Virus record (IMG/VR): IMGVR_UViG_3300037722_001728
Coordinates: 1-33,225 of that record
Direction: 5' to 3' (one strand)
DNA from: a virus
Lineage: Duplodnaviria > Caudoviricetes
DNA: 33,225 bases
The stretch's first letter is position 1, and each line of letters opens with the position of its first letter. The notes beneath the pieces are model-generated. The model was not told the origin of the DNA. It made no database searches and saw only the letters and a list, made by a program, of their open reading frames with translations. Of this stretch, positions 8,962-16,358 are shown in pieces. The position numbers were made by a program, and so were the translations under genes.

Positions 8962-8991
8962 TATCTTACGGTTTTCCAACCGCAGAATGAT

Positions 8992-9020
8992 TTGATGGGA
9001 ACGAGAGGTTCCGTTATACT
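8992..9020 (+). promoter_or_regulatory. Sigma70-type promoter facing the cassette array
   Basis: TTGATG-17 bp-TATACT; the spacer holds the palindrome GGAAC-GAGAG-GTTCC. Confidence 0.65.
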
Positions 9021-9234
9021 TCCCTGAGCGTCGGCTCATTGGTCTTTAACGCGGTTCGACTATGGGGGTTCGATGTCCCCTGAAATACCGCGATACGAAG
9101 ATCCTGTCCACGACACCCTGCTATCACGACAACCTCCGGGACACAGGTCTACTCGTTGTCGCCCTCCTCGTATATCGCGGTTCTTTTATTGACGTGTTGA
9201 TGTGCCCAGCGTCACGATAGGCAGCGGAAAAGCA

Positions 9235-9252
9235 GCCTAATACGCGTTAGAC
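9235..9252 (+). other. attI-like integron recombination site (start of first cassette)
   Basis: GCCTAAT-ACGC-GTTAGAC: inverted L-like box plus GTTRRRY core, with no attC hairpin upstream; the AT-rich cassette starts right after it. Confidence 0.55.
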
Positions 9253-9270
9253 AGACATTAGGAGAATTTA

Positions 9271-9834
9271 ATGCCTTCATGGAGAGAATTGGAATCTAAC
9301 TTTCGAGATTTAGAACCGGTTCTGAAATTTACGCGCGTTGACGGACAATGGGGAAGTGCTGGCGATTATTGGAGCGTTGTTGGGAGTAATGACCCCTATC
9401 CAATTAAGCGTTTCGAGGCCATTGCAAGGATAGCAGGCGAAAAGCTTAGAAATTCCCTTCAAGAAACTCCTGATCCGCCTCAAGATGTTGTGGGTGAACC
9501 CGATCCGGCTATATGTTGGTATAAGGGTGTGGCGCGGATCAGTAGGAGTATGAAGACTGATTATCCAGGCGAACATTTTGATAAAAAAGGGGATTCACTT
9601 GGTTTTATTTATACTGGCCGTATAGATAGAATTGCAGAGGCGTCGGCAATATTCTGTTTAGAGCTATCAGGCACTTTTCCCGAACCTGTACCACCAACAG
9701 TACCTATTGATAAACAAGAAATGAAGGTTTCTAAGTTACGAGTATTTTGGGACAAGTATGGGTCGCAGATATTAATCGGTATTGTTGTTACAGTTGTAGG
9801 AGGCATTATATTGTTAATTATAGTAGGCAAGTGA
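9271..9834 (+). CDS. Cassette 1: hypothetical protein with C-terminal transmembrane helix
   Basis: RBS AGGAG; lower GC; C-terminal ILIGIVVTVVGGIILLIIV; bounded by GTTAGAC and attC1. Confidence 0.8.
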   Translation: MPSWRELESNFRDLEPVLKFTRVDGQWGSAGDYWSVVGSNDPYPIKRFEAIARIAGEKLRNSLQETPDPPQDVVGEPDPAICWYKGVARISRSMKTDYPGEHFDKKGDSLGFIYTGRIDRIAEASAIFCLELSGTFPEPVPPTVPIDKQEMKVSKLRVFWDKYGSQILIGIVVTVVGGIILLIIVGK

Positions 9835-9848
9835 TTGATATTGACGCT

Positions 9849-9924
9849 GGCTAACCACAGGCTGAAGCAGACGGCTCACCTGGTGAACTTCCTGAGTGCC
9901 CTCAGCTTAGCCTGAGAGTTAGAC
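9849..9924 (+). repeat. attC site 1 (76 bp)
   Basis: R'' GGCTAAC ... CAGGCT(G)AAGC pairs with GCTTAGCCTG leaving one extrahelical base ... R' GTTAGAC. Confidence 0.9.
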
Positions 9925-9932
9925 GCTTAGCC

Positions 9933-10673
9933 GTGAGTGAGGGAATGATGTTTAAAGATATATGGATATTTTTTAAATCTGTTTTTAAAAACCTTAAATT
10001 ATTGCTTACAGGAAGTGTAATAATTGCCACATTGGTAATAATTGAACATATGTATGGCACTCCGCTGTCTTGGCCTAAATTTAGTCTATTAATATTATTG
10101 ATGTTGTTTATTTCATGTTTTATGGTCTGGCAGGAAGCACATCACAAGCACAATGATCTTTATAATAACTTAAAGCCGATGCTAAAGTTAGTATATTCTG
10201 ATGTTAAAGAGCGTCCGTGGTATCAAGAATTTAATTATCATGGTGATCCAAATGCAAATATATGGGAGCAATGCCAATATCGCTTTGGAATATTTAATGA
10301 AAGTCTGTCAGATATTCATAATATAAAAGTGGTTTTAGATAAAGTTGAGATTGGGGACTCTAATATTTTCTTTCCTGGTCTTTGCTTGCGGGTAATGGGA
10401 AGTAATACAAATTCGCCCATTTTTAATTTGGCACCTCATGCGACTCAGTATATTGATATATTTAGTTATACTCTTCGAAGAAGTGGCGAACAGGCTGAAT
10501 TTAATTGTATTACGTATGCAGAAATAGGTGAAAAAGAGATACCTGTTGGAAATTATCAATTATTATTTAGGGTTGATTGGGGCGGCATTCCACTATATAT
10601 AAAAACTATTGTAGAAAATTCAGCTACAAAGTTCCATTTTTATTTTAAAAATAATTTGGATGCTACCGTCTAA
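9933..10673 (+). CDS. Cassette 2: hypothetical membrane protein (two N-terminal TM helices and a beta-rich domain)
   Basis: Very AT-rich. Its stop TAA lies in R'' GTCTAAC, the exact complement of the cassette's own GTTAGAC. The start may be ATG 9945 or 9948. Confidence 0.8.
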   Translation: MSEGMMFKDIWIFFKSVFKNLKLLLTGSVIIATLVIIEHMYGTPLSWPKFSLLILLMLFISCFMVWQEAHHKHNDLYNNLKPMLKLVYSDVKERPWYQEFNYHGDPNANIWEQCQYRFGIFNESLSDIHNIKVVLDKVEIGDSNIFFPGLCLRVMGSNTNSPIFNLAPHATQYIDIFSYTLRRSGEQAEFNCITYAEIGEKEIPVGNYQLLFRVDWGGIPLYIKTIVENSATKFHFYFKNNLDATV

Positions 10674-10739
10674 CAACAGGCTGGAGCTGACGGCTGCCCT
10701 GCGGGAGATCGTGAGGCCCCGCAGCTTAGCCTGAGCGTT
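10668..10739 (+). repeat. attC site 2, R' core split by an IS
   Basis: GTCTAACAACAGGCTGGAGCTG...CAGCTTAGCCTGAGCGTT; removing the IS restores GTTAGAT. Confidence 0.88.
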
Positions 10740-10792
10740 GATATGGTGTGACCGGCGTCAAGTGGTTTTTCGATACGCCTCTCCTATTTTCC

Positions 10793-10980
10793 TTTTGCGG
10801 TGGGGCGGAGCGCGGCGATGTCGACGGTGATCATGCTGATATGCGCGGGTTTGACCGCATGACAATGATCCGTCCGGAGCTGCCTCGCTCTAGAAGCGCG
10901 GGTTGGGGACGATCGCCCTGCCGCATAACGCTACCGAGGGTTCTCCTTCCGTTCCCCACGTCCCCGCACCCACCGCAAAA
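10793..10980 (-). ncRNA. Predicted bridge/seek RNA of the IS1111-type element
   Basis: Closing stem (10793-10804 with 10969-10980) around two parallel stem-internal-loop units that match the target and donor sequences. Confidence 0.75.
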
Positions 10981-11011
10981 GCCCGAAGATCTTTGTTCTC
11001 CCGGAAAACCT

Positions 11012-12100
11012 TCAGATCCGACCGATCGCCCAGACAAACCCCGCCAGTTCCCGCGCCACGGCCACCGCGGCCACGGTCGTTCGCTTGCCGCGCATGACCA
11101 TGCGGGTGAATTTGCGGTACAGCCGTACCTCCGCCTTGCGCGCCGTCTCGATCACATCGGGAGGTTGTCCCTCGCGTCGCTTCCGGATGGTCTCCCCCGT
11201 GCGATGCGGCGGGTGCCGGTAGTGCCAGGCGGCCTCCACCAGGACACGCCGGAGGTGGGCGTTCCCGGCCCGCGTGAGGGATCCGCGCCGTTGTTTCCCG
11301 CCGCTGGAGTATTCCGAAGGGACCAGGCCGATGAAGGACATCAGGTCCCGGGGAGAAGCGAACCGGGACAGGTCGATCAACTCGGAATGGATCGTCATCG
11401 CCGTAAGCGTGCGCACGCCGCGCAAGGTCTTCAATCGCGCCACGGCGGGTGCGATGCCCGGATTCTGCGCCTCCTCTTCGATCCGCGCGTCGAGCCTTGC
11501 GACCCGCTCCAGTTGCTGGTCCACGGCCAAGACGTATTCGGTCATGACGGTTCCGGCGTTGGCGTCATCGAAGGTGAGCGCACGGATCCACCGCCAGTGC
11601 TCCCGGGTCCACGATTTTCCTTCAAAGCGTTGCCCTCGACGCAGGAGGAATTTCTGCAGCCGGTGGCGGCAACGCACGAGGTCCTCGTTGGCGTCCTCCC
11701 GGGCACGCACGAGATCCCGCAAAGCTTCCTGGGCAGGCGTGGGGACGCAGATCGCGGTGAGTTCTCCCATGCGGTGCATGCGGGCCAGTTTCTCCGCGTC
11801 GCGCCGGTCCGTCTTGATCCGGTCCCCGGGCCGCGTGGGAATCAGGGAAGGGGCGATCACGTCGCAGGGGATTCCCTTTCCGTCGAGGAATCGCCGCAGG
11901 TCGTAGCCGCAGGGACCAGCCTCGTAGACGCACCGTGCCTTCCCAAGCCCCGCGATACGCCCCGCCAGCCGCTCCTTCCCCTTGGCCGTGTTCGGCGTCT
12001 CCCAGCGGGTCATGACGGTTCCCGAATCGCCGGAGATGCTGACGGTGACAATGTTTTCCTTGTGGACGTCCATTCCGACCCAGGTGGTAGAATTCGACAT
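11012..12100 (-). CDS. IS110-family transposase/recombinase
   Basis: RuvC-like DEDD motifs VGMDVHK, YEAG, KTDRRDA; C-terminal GLVPSEYSSGG; RBS AGGAGG. Confidence 0.95.
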   Translation of the reverse strand: MSNSTTWVGMDVHKENIVTVSISGDSGTVMTRWETPNTAKGKERLAGRIAGLGKARCVYEAGPCGYDLRRFLDGKGIPCDVIAPSLIPTRPGDRIKTDRRDAEKLARMHRMGELTAICVPTPAQEALRDLVRAREDANEDLVRCRHRLQKFLLRRGQRFEGKSWTREHWRWIRALTFDDANAGTVMTEYVLAVDQQLERVARLDARIEEEAQNPGIAPAVARLKTLRGVRTLTAMTIHSELIDLSRFASPRDLMSFIGLVPSEYSSGGKQRRGSLTRAGNAHLRRVLVEAAWHYRHPPHRTGETIRKRREGQPPDVIETARKAEVRLYRKFTRMVMRGKRTTVAAVAVARELAGFVWAIGRI

Positions 12101-12243
12101 GACCGGTCCCTCCTGTATTGTGGCTCTGGTCGGGTTCGCACCCGACTAACCCACGAAGATACACGACGGGGCCGGTCACACCATAATGTCTAGATTGACC
12201 AATATGGATACGATCTGAGATCTATGTACGAGAGGCGAATAAT

Positions 12244-13296
12244 TTGACATTTTGTGTCGGGTGGAAGTATCAAGATTCTATTTTCCTCGTGGCTGACTCG
12301 GCTGTAACAAAAAGCACTCCACTTACCTTGCCGCAATCTAGCTTCGGCGAAACACATCCATTTACAGGTGAGTATTATGTAGAGGAGGGTTTGTTAAAAA
12401 TAGTTCCAATTTCAAATAATTTTGTTGTAGCTTTTTCAGGAGATGTATTGATGGCAACAGAAATAATAAAATTTATAAAAGAACACCTTAGGAATAATAG
12501 CGATATTATATTATTGTTTAAATCTATGGCCAAATCGTTGGGTCCTTTTGAAAAAAATCGCGCTGTATCTTTAATCATCGCAACCACAATAGGCGGACAT
12601 CTAGATTTAGTGAAATGGGAAACGGAAGACTCACATAATCTTTTACAGGGGGATGAATATTTGCAAATAGGGAGTGTCCAACCATTTCATGGTTTGATGA
12701 CACAAGCTATTTTGTCACTATTGGCAAAAGGAAATCTGCCAATTGAACGCATGCTACCAATATCTACGGCAATTATTCAGTCATTTGGGATCCATTACGA
12801 CATGATGAGCCAGTATATTGGCGGAATGATTTATGGACTTTCAATAGATAGTAAAAACATGCTTTGTTGGCAGGAAGACACAAGATATATCCTTTACGAT
12901 CCGGAGTTTAAAGACATTGGTTTTATAACGTGCTTGTGTAGAGGGGATGCAGTATCTATAAGGTCTACTATTACAAATGACACTCGGGTATTGTTGCATA
13001 GCTCCAACTCCCTTCGACCAAATGATTGGAATGATAAATGGAAAGAACTACTTATTTGCGATTATCAGTCATGTTCAGTTAAATATTGGTCTTTTTTAAG
13101 CAAGAAGGACCATAATATAACTGTCGTAACATTGCCCGTAAAAAGTAATGGAGGTAAATATTTCATAATGAAGTATCTTGGGGAGGGGAAATATGATTTT
13201 TCTATTAATCCAAAATTTGTCGAAATGTTAACTTCGCCTCTCTTGGAAAATGGTGAATTAGGTATACCATATAGATTGACGTGTATTGAAGGATAG
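12244..13296 (+). CDS. Cassette 3: Ntn-hydrolase/proteasome-beta-like protein
   Basis: MTFCVGW...LVADSAVT...LKI...VAFSGD...QIGS pattern. The cassette runs from reconstituted GTTAGAT to the complementary ATCTAAC. Confidence 0.65.
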   Translation: MTFCVGWKYQDSIFLVADSAVTKSTPLTLPQSSFGETHPFTGEYYVEEGLLKIVPISNNFVVAFSGDVLMATEIIKFIKEHLRNNSDIILLFKSMAKSLGPFEKNRAVSLIIATTIGGHLDLVKWETEDSHNLLQGDEYLQIGSVQPFHGLMTQAILSLLAKGNLPIERMLPISTAIIQSFGIHYDMMSQYIGGMIYGLSIDSKNMLCWQEDTRYILYDPEFKDIGFITCLCRGDAVSIRSTITNDTRVLLHSSNSLRPNDWNDKWKELLICDYQSCSVKYWSFLSKKDHNITVVTLPVKSNGGKYFIMKYLGEGKYDFSINPKFVEMLTSPLLENGELGIPYRLTCIEG

Positions 13297-13320
13297 ACAT
13301 AAATAATGCATGTGACCGCA

Positions 13321-13368
13321 ATCTAACAACAGGCTGAAGCTGACGGCTCGCCTGTTGCCCCCCCGCAG
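13321..13368 (+). repeat. attC site 3, right arm missing
   Basis: ATCTAACAACAGGCTGAAGCTGACGGCT is nearly identical to the left arms of attC1/2; no CTTAGCCTG...GTT follows. Confidence 0.8.
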
Positions 13369-13466
13369 ATATACGATGGTCCATTTTGGCCCCTTCCCGA
13401 TCCCACCTTGCATGGTGTAATTTTGCATTACACTGGTTGAACTGTCGGGAAACACTCTCCCACGAT

Positions 13467-13502
13467 GGCCGGATTTCCTCACAAGGAGATCCGGCCTTTT
13501 TC
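13467..13502 (+). terminator. Terminator-like hairpin just upstream of the late genes
   Basis: GGCCGGATTTCCT-CACA-AGGAGATCCGGCC-TTTTT. Confidence 0.7.
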
Positions 13503-13514
13503 TATGGAGCGAAT

Positions 13515-14114
13515 GTGGACATCCAGATCCAGCTCAAAGGCGTCGACGAACTGGTAAGAAACCTACGCGACCTCGGCGTCAATCGCATCCCGAACTATGT
13601 CGCACGTGCGCTGACTGGGATCGCGGATCAGGCGCAGGACGCGATGATGGGGAACGCGCAATCGATGCTGACCGTTCGTGGCAGTTGGCTCACGAAGGGC
13701 ACCAAGTACGGCATCAATCGCAAAGCGGCGACCAAGAGCGACCTGACTGCCGTGGTATCGACGACCGCGCCCTGGTTGATCGAACAGGAAACGAAGACGA
13801 TCATCACGCCACGTAAGGCGTCGTCGTTGGCAATGCCAAGGATATGGCAACGCGGGTCAAGGCTGGCTGTAACGAAGAGTCCGAAGAACATCCCGAACAC
13901 GATCAAACTCAAGTCGAAGTTTGGCAACGAGATCATCTATCAGCGGCAGGGGAGCGGGCGACTGGCAACCCTTGTACCCCTGTTCATTCTGCGCACGCAG
14001 ACGCCCGAGAAGCAGCGCGTTCACTTGGTCAACACAGCGACAGAGATGGTCAACAAGATCGCAGTGCCAGTCATGGCAGGCATGCTGGACCAAGCAATCA
14101 AAGAGAACCCATAG
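13515..14114 (+). CDS. Phage neck/tail-completion-like protein (gpZ / HK97-gp10-like)
   Basis: GTG 13515 with RBS GGAG; basic protein starting IQIQLKGVDELVRNL...ARALT, typical of this class. Confidence 0.55.
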   Translation: MDIQIQLKGVDELVRNLRDLGVNRIPNYVARALTGIADQAQDAMMGNAQSMLTVRGSWLTKGTKYGINRKAATKSDLTAVVSTTAPWLIEQETKTIITPRKASSLAMPRIWQRGSRLAVTKSPKNIPNTIKLKSKFGNEIIYQRQGSGRLATLVPLFILRTQTPEKQRVHLVNTATEMVNKIAVPVMAGMLDQAIKENP

Positions 14115-14160
14115 GTACTTCCGGGGCCTTTTTATCGCGGGTTCCCCGCGACCCCGGCCC
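14113..14160 (+). other. Putative cos packaging site
   Basis: AGGTACTTCCGG...CGCGGGTTCCCCGCGACCCCG resembles the lambda cosQ-cosN layout (GGGTCCTTTCCGG...GGGCGGCGACCTCG), upstream of a GpA-type terminase. Confidence 0.45.
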
Positions 14161-14210
14161 TTGGTTACAGACTCTCCAAAAATATTGATTTCGCTTCGTT
14201 TGGAGGCCCC

Positions 14211-15530
14211 TTGAAAGTCGCCTTAATGCACCCGTCCAAGGTAATTCCGTACGCCCGTAACCCCCGGAAAAATCAGGCAGCTATCGCCAAAGTGGCCGCC
14301 TCGATCCGAGAGTTCGGTTTCCGGCAGCCGATCGTCGTAGACAGCGAAATGGTCATCGTGGTCGGGCATACCCGGTACTTGGCCGCCTTGCAACTCGGAT
14401 TGGAGAAAATTCCGGTCCATGTGGCGGAGGGACTATCCCCCGAACAGGTCAAGGCGTATCGGATCATGGACAATCGTTCCCACGAGGATTCCGAGTGGGA
14501 CGACTCTCTCCTGGCGATCGAATTGACCGAGCTTCAAGATGCCGACTTCGACATGGAGCTGACCGGGTTCGACGAGGACGAGCTTGCTGAGAAGCTGGCG
14601 GCGGGGATCGTTGGAACGGCGGGCTTAACCGACCCCGACGAGGTGCCGGAGCCTCCCGACGATGCGATCACGCAGCCAAGGGACCTGTGGGTCTTAGGCG
14701 ACCACCGGCTTCTGTGTGGGGACAGCGGGAGCGTGGAAGACGTCGATTACCTGCTGGGCGGGGCGACGGTCCACTTGGTAAACACTGACCCGCCATACAA
14801 CGTCAAAGTCGAGCCTCGCAGCAACAACGCGATCGCCGCCGGGAACAGCTCGTTTACGAAGACGCATCACCAGAGCCTGGATCTCGCCCTCCACCCGGGG
14901 AAGGATAAGCCCACCACCAAGAAGATGCGGCCCAAGGACCGACAGCTGATGAACGACTTCGTCTCCGATGAGGAGTTCGATCGTTTGCTCCGGGCGTGGT
15001 TTGGGAACATTTCCCGGGTGCTCGAGCCCGGGCGGGGGTTCTACATTTGGGGGGGGTACGCCAACTGCGGGAACTATCCGCCTGTTTTGAAGGCAAACAA
15101 GCTCTACTTCGCCCAAGCGGTCATCTGGGTCAAGGAACATCCGGTCCTCACCCGCAAGGACTTCATGGGAAATCACGAATGGTGCTTTTACGGGTGGAAA
15201 GAAGGCGCAGCGCACCAGTGGTTAGGCCCGACCAATGCCACCGACGTCTGGTCGGTGAAGAAGGTCAACCCTCAGAGCATGGTGCATCTGACCGAGAAGC
15301 CGGTGGAGCTGGCCGCTCGGGCGATGCAGTATTCCTCGCGGCCGGGCGAGAACGTTCTGGACCTGTTCGGAGGTAGCGGATCAACTCTCATCGGCGCGGA
15401 GCAGGCCGGACGCAAGTCCTTTCTCATGGAACTCGATCCTCCGTATTGCGATGTGATCGTGAGCCGGTGGGAGAACTTCACCGGCAAGAAAGCGGAGCGC
15501 ATCCCTCGTGGCGACCGCGTGGCTGTTTAA
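14211..15530 (+). CDS. ParB-like domain fused to an N6A/N4C DNA methyltransferase
   Basis: PYARNPR, FGFRQPIVVD, GHTR (ParB); TDPPYN, HLTEKPVEL, VLDLFGGSGST (beta-class MTase). Confidence 0.92.
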   Translation: MKVALMHPSKVIPYARNPRKNQAAIAKVAASIREFGFRQPIVVDSEMVIVVGHTRYLAALQLGLEKIPVHVAEGLSPEQVKAYRIMDNRSHEDSEWDDSLLAIELTELQDADFDMELTGFDEDELAEKLAAGIVGTAGLTDPDEVPEPPDDAITQPRDLWVLGDHRLLCGDSGSVEDVDYLLGGATVHLVNTDPPYNVKVEPRSNNAIAAGNSSFTKTHHQSLDLALHPGKDKPTTKKMRPKDRQLMNDFVSDEEFDRLLRAWFGNISRVLEPGRGFYIWGGYANCGNYPPVLKANKLYFAQAVIWVKEHPVLTRKDFMGNHEWCFYGWKEGAAHQWLGPTNATDVWSVKKVNPQSMVHLTEKPVELAARAMQYSSRPGENVLDLFGGSGSTLIGAEQAGRKSFLMELDPPYCDVIVSRWENFTGKKAERIPRGDRVAV

Positions 15531-15571
15531 GTACGTCGGTAGTGGGTCAGTTTCGGGTGGGGCGGTAGGCT

Positions 15572-15844
15572 GTGTGTAACCGCACAGAGTTTATCCGGGC
15601 GGTAGTCCCCTCCGATCTGAACTGCTCGGGTCGAGATGAACTGAAAGCAGTCCAGGTTGACGAATGCATAGCCTCGCTTGTTGTGGCACTACAAGATGCG
15701 GGCATTAACATGCGGGGTTCATGCTGTGGGCATGGGCGAAGGGAGGGGTATATCCACTTGCAGGATGGGCGCGTCCTATTGGTGTTGAGCCAGACTCAGG
15801 CTCAATGGTATTTCGGCGAAGGTATACCCCTCCTTGGAGAATAA
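15572..15844 (+). CDS. Cargo hypothetical protein with SCCGHG motif
   Basis: VDECIASLVVALQDAGINMRGSCCGHG; lies inside the TIRs; start uncertain. Confidence 0.6.
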   Translation: MCNRTEFIRAVVPSDLNCSGRDELKAVQVDECIASLVVALQDAGINMRGSCCGHGRREGYIHLQDGRVLLVLSQTQAQWYFGEGIPLLGE

Positions 15845-15854
15845 GGCACTTCCC

Positions 15855-16016
15855 TTACTTGGTGCAGGTTCCAGCCTTCTCCTTTGCCTTACACTCGTTG
15901 CAAAGTTCCCCGGCGGCTGGCTTACTCGGTTTTTCTTCGTAGCCCGAGGTAGGCCAGTTGGAGCAGTTACGACACCAGTGCCACGCGTCCGAGCCTTGCC
16001 GTCTACGGTACGCCAT
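15855..16016 (-). CDS. Cargo small Zn-binding protein (53 aa)
   Basis: RBS GGAGG; MAYRRRQGSDAWHWCRNC...ELCNEC. Confidence 0.7.
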   Translation of the reverse strand: MAYRRRQGSDAWHWCRNCSNWPTSGYEEKPSKPAAGELCNECKAKEKAGTCTK

Positions 16017-16091
16017 GCCTTTGCCCCTCCTTTGGGATGGATGGAGCAATAATATCAAATAGTATTAATCAATGCATTTTAATGTTTGTAA

Positions 16092-16226
16092 TTAAGATTC
16101 CATTAACCTGGCTATTTCTTCTATAGACCACACATGATCCGATATCCCTGCCTCTATTGCAGGTGTGACCCTCAGCGTCTGATGAATCCTGGCGAAGTTG
16201 TAGTAAATGAAGTGCAGGCTCACGAA
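16092..16226 (-). pseudogene. C-terminal remnant of an IS1-family (ISMhu11-like) transposase
   Basis: The minus strand reads FVSLHFIYYNFARIHQTLRVTPAIEAGISDHVWSIEEIARLMES* directly inside the TIR. Confidence 0.75.
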
Positions 16227-16358
16227 ATCAAACTGACCCACTACCAGTACGTCCTCCTCCCGGACCTAGACCAGTACCTTGCACAAGGATGGGCGGTTGC
16301 CGGTCCTAGCCCCAATCTCGGAGGGTGGACCTCGGTGATCGTCCGGCGAAGGGCGTAA

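Larger units (their letters stand above)
10740..12190 (-). mobile_element. IS110-family element, IS1111 type, inserted in attC
   Basis: Perfect 15-bp subterminal inverted repeats TATGGTGTGACCGGC (10742-10756 and 12171-12185), no target duplication, long non-coding region downstream of the transposase. Confidence 0.92.
15538..16245 (-). mobile_element. Non-autonomous, internally deleted IS1-family element with cargo
   Basis: Perfect 16-bp TIRs GGTAGTGGGTCAGTTT (15538-15553 and 16230-16245) and 8-bp TSD AGTACGTC (15530-15537 and 16246-16253). Confidence 0.9.
15508..16358 (+). pseudogene. Small phage gene interrupted by the IS1-family element
   Basis: Removing the element and one TSD copy restores MATAWLFKYVLLPDLDQYLAQGWAVAGPSPNLGGWTSVIVRRRA*, which abuts the terminase small subunit start. 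Confidence 0.65.

Noticed and set aside
8554-9245. Divergent integron integrase or remnant
   Set aside because: No tyrosine-recombinase motifs seen on the minus strand; the space holds phage genes and a short non-coding region.
9230-9257. dif/Xer site (TAA-N6-TTA)
   Set aside because: The arms do not resemble XerC/XerD boxes; the GTTAGAC core fits a cassette boundary better.
10748-12193. 481-aa + strand ORF
   Set aside because: Antisense shadow of the IS110 transposase and its RNA region.
9849-13368. Repeats as a CRISPR array
   Set aside because: They are separated by whole genes, have attC architecture, and there are no cas genes.
13386-13514. N-terminal extension of the 242-aa ORF
   Set aside because: It overlaps the palindrome and terminator; GTG 13515 has the RBS.
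16134-16358. 74-aa ORF as a real gene
   Set aside because: It is a chimera of antisense transposase remnant, TIR and the 3' half of the interrupted gene.
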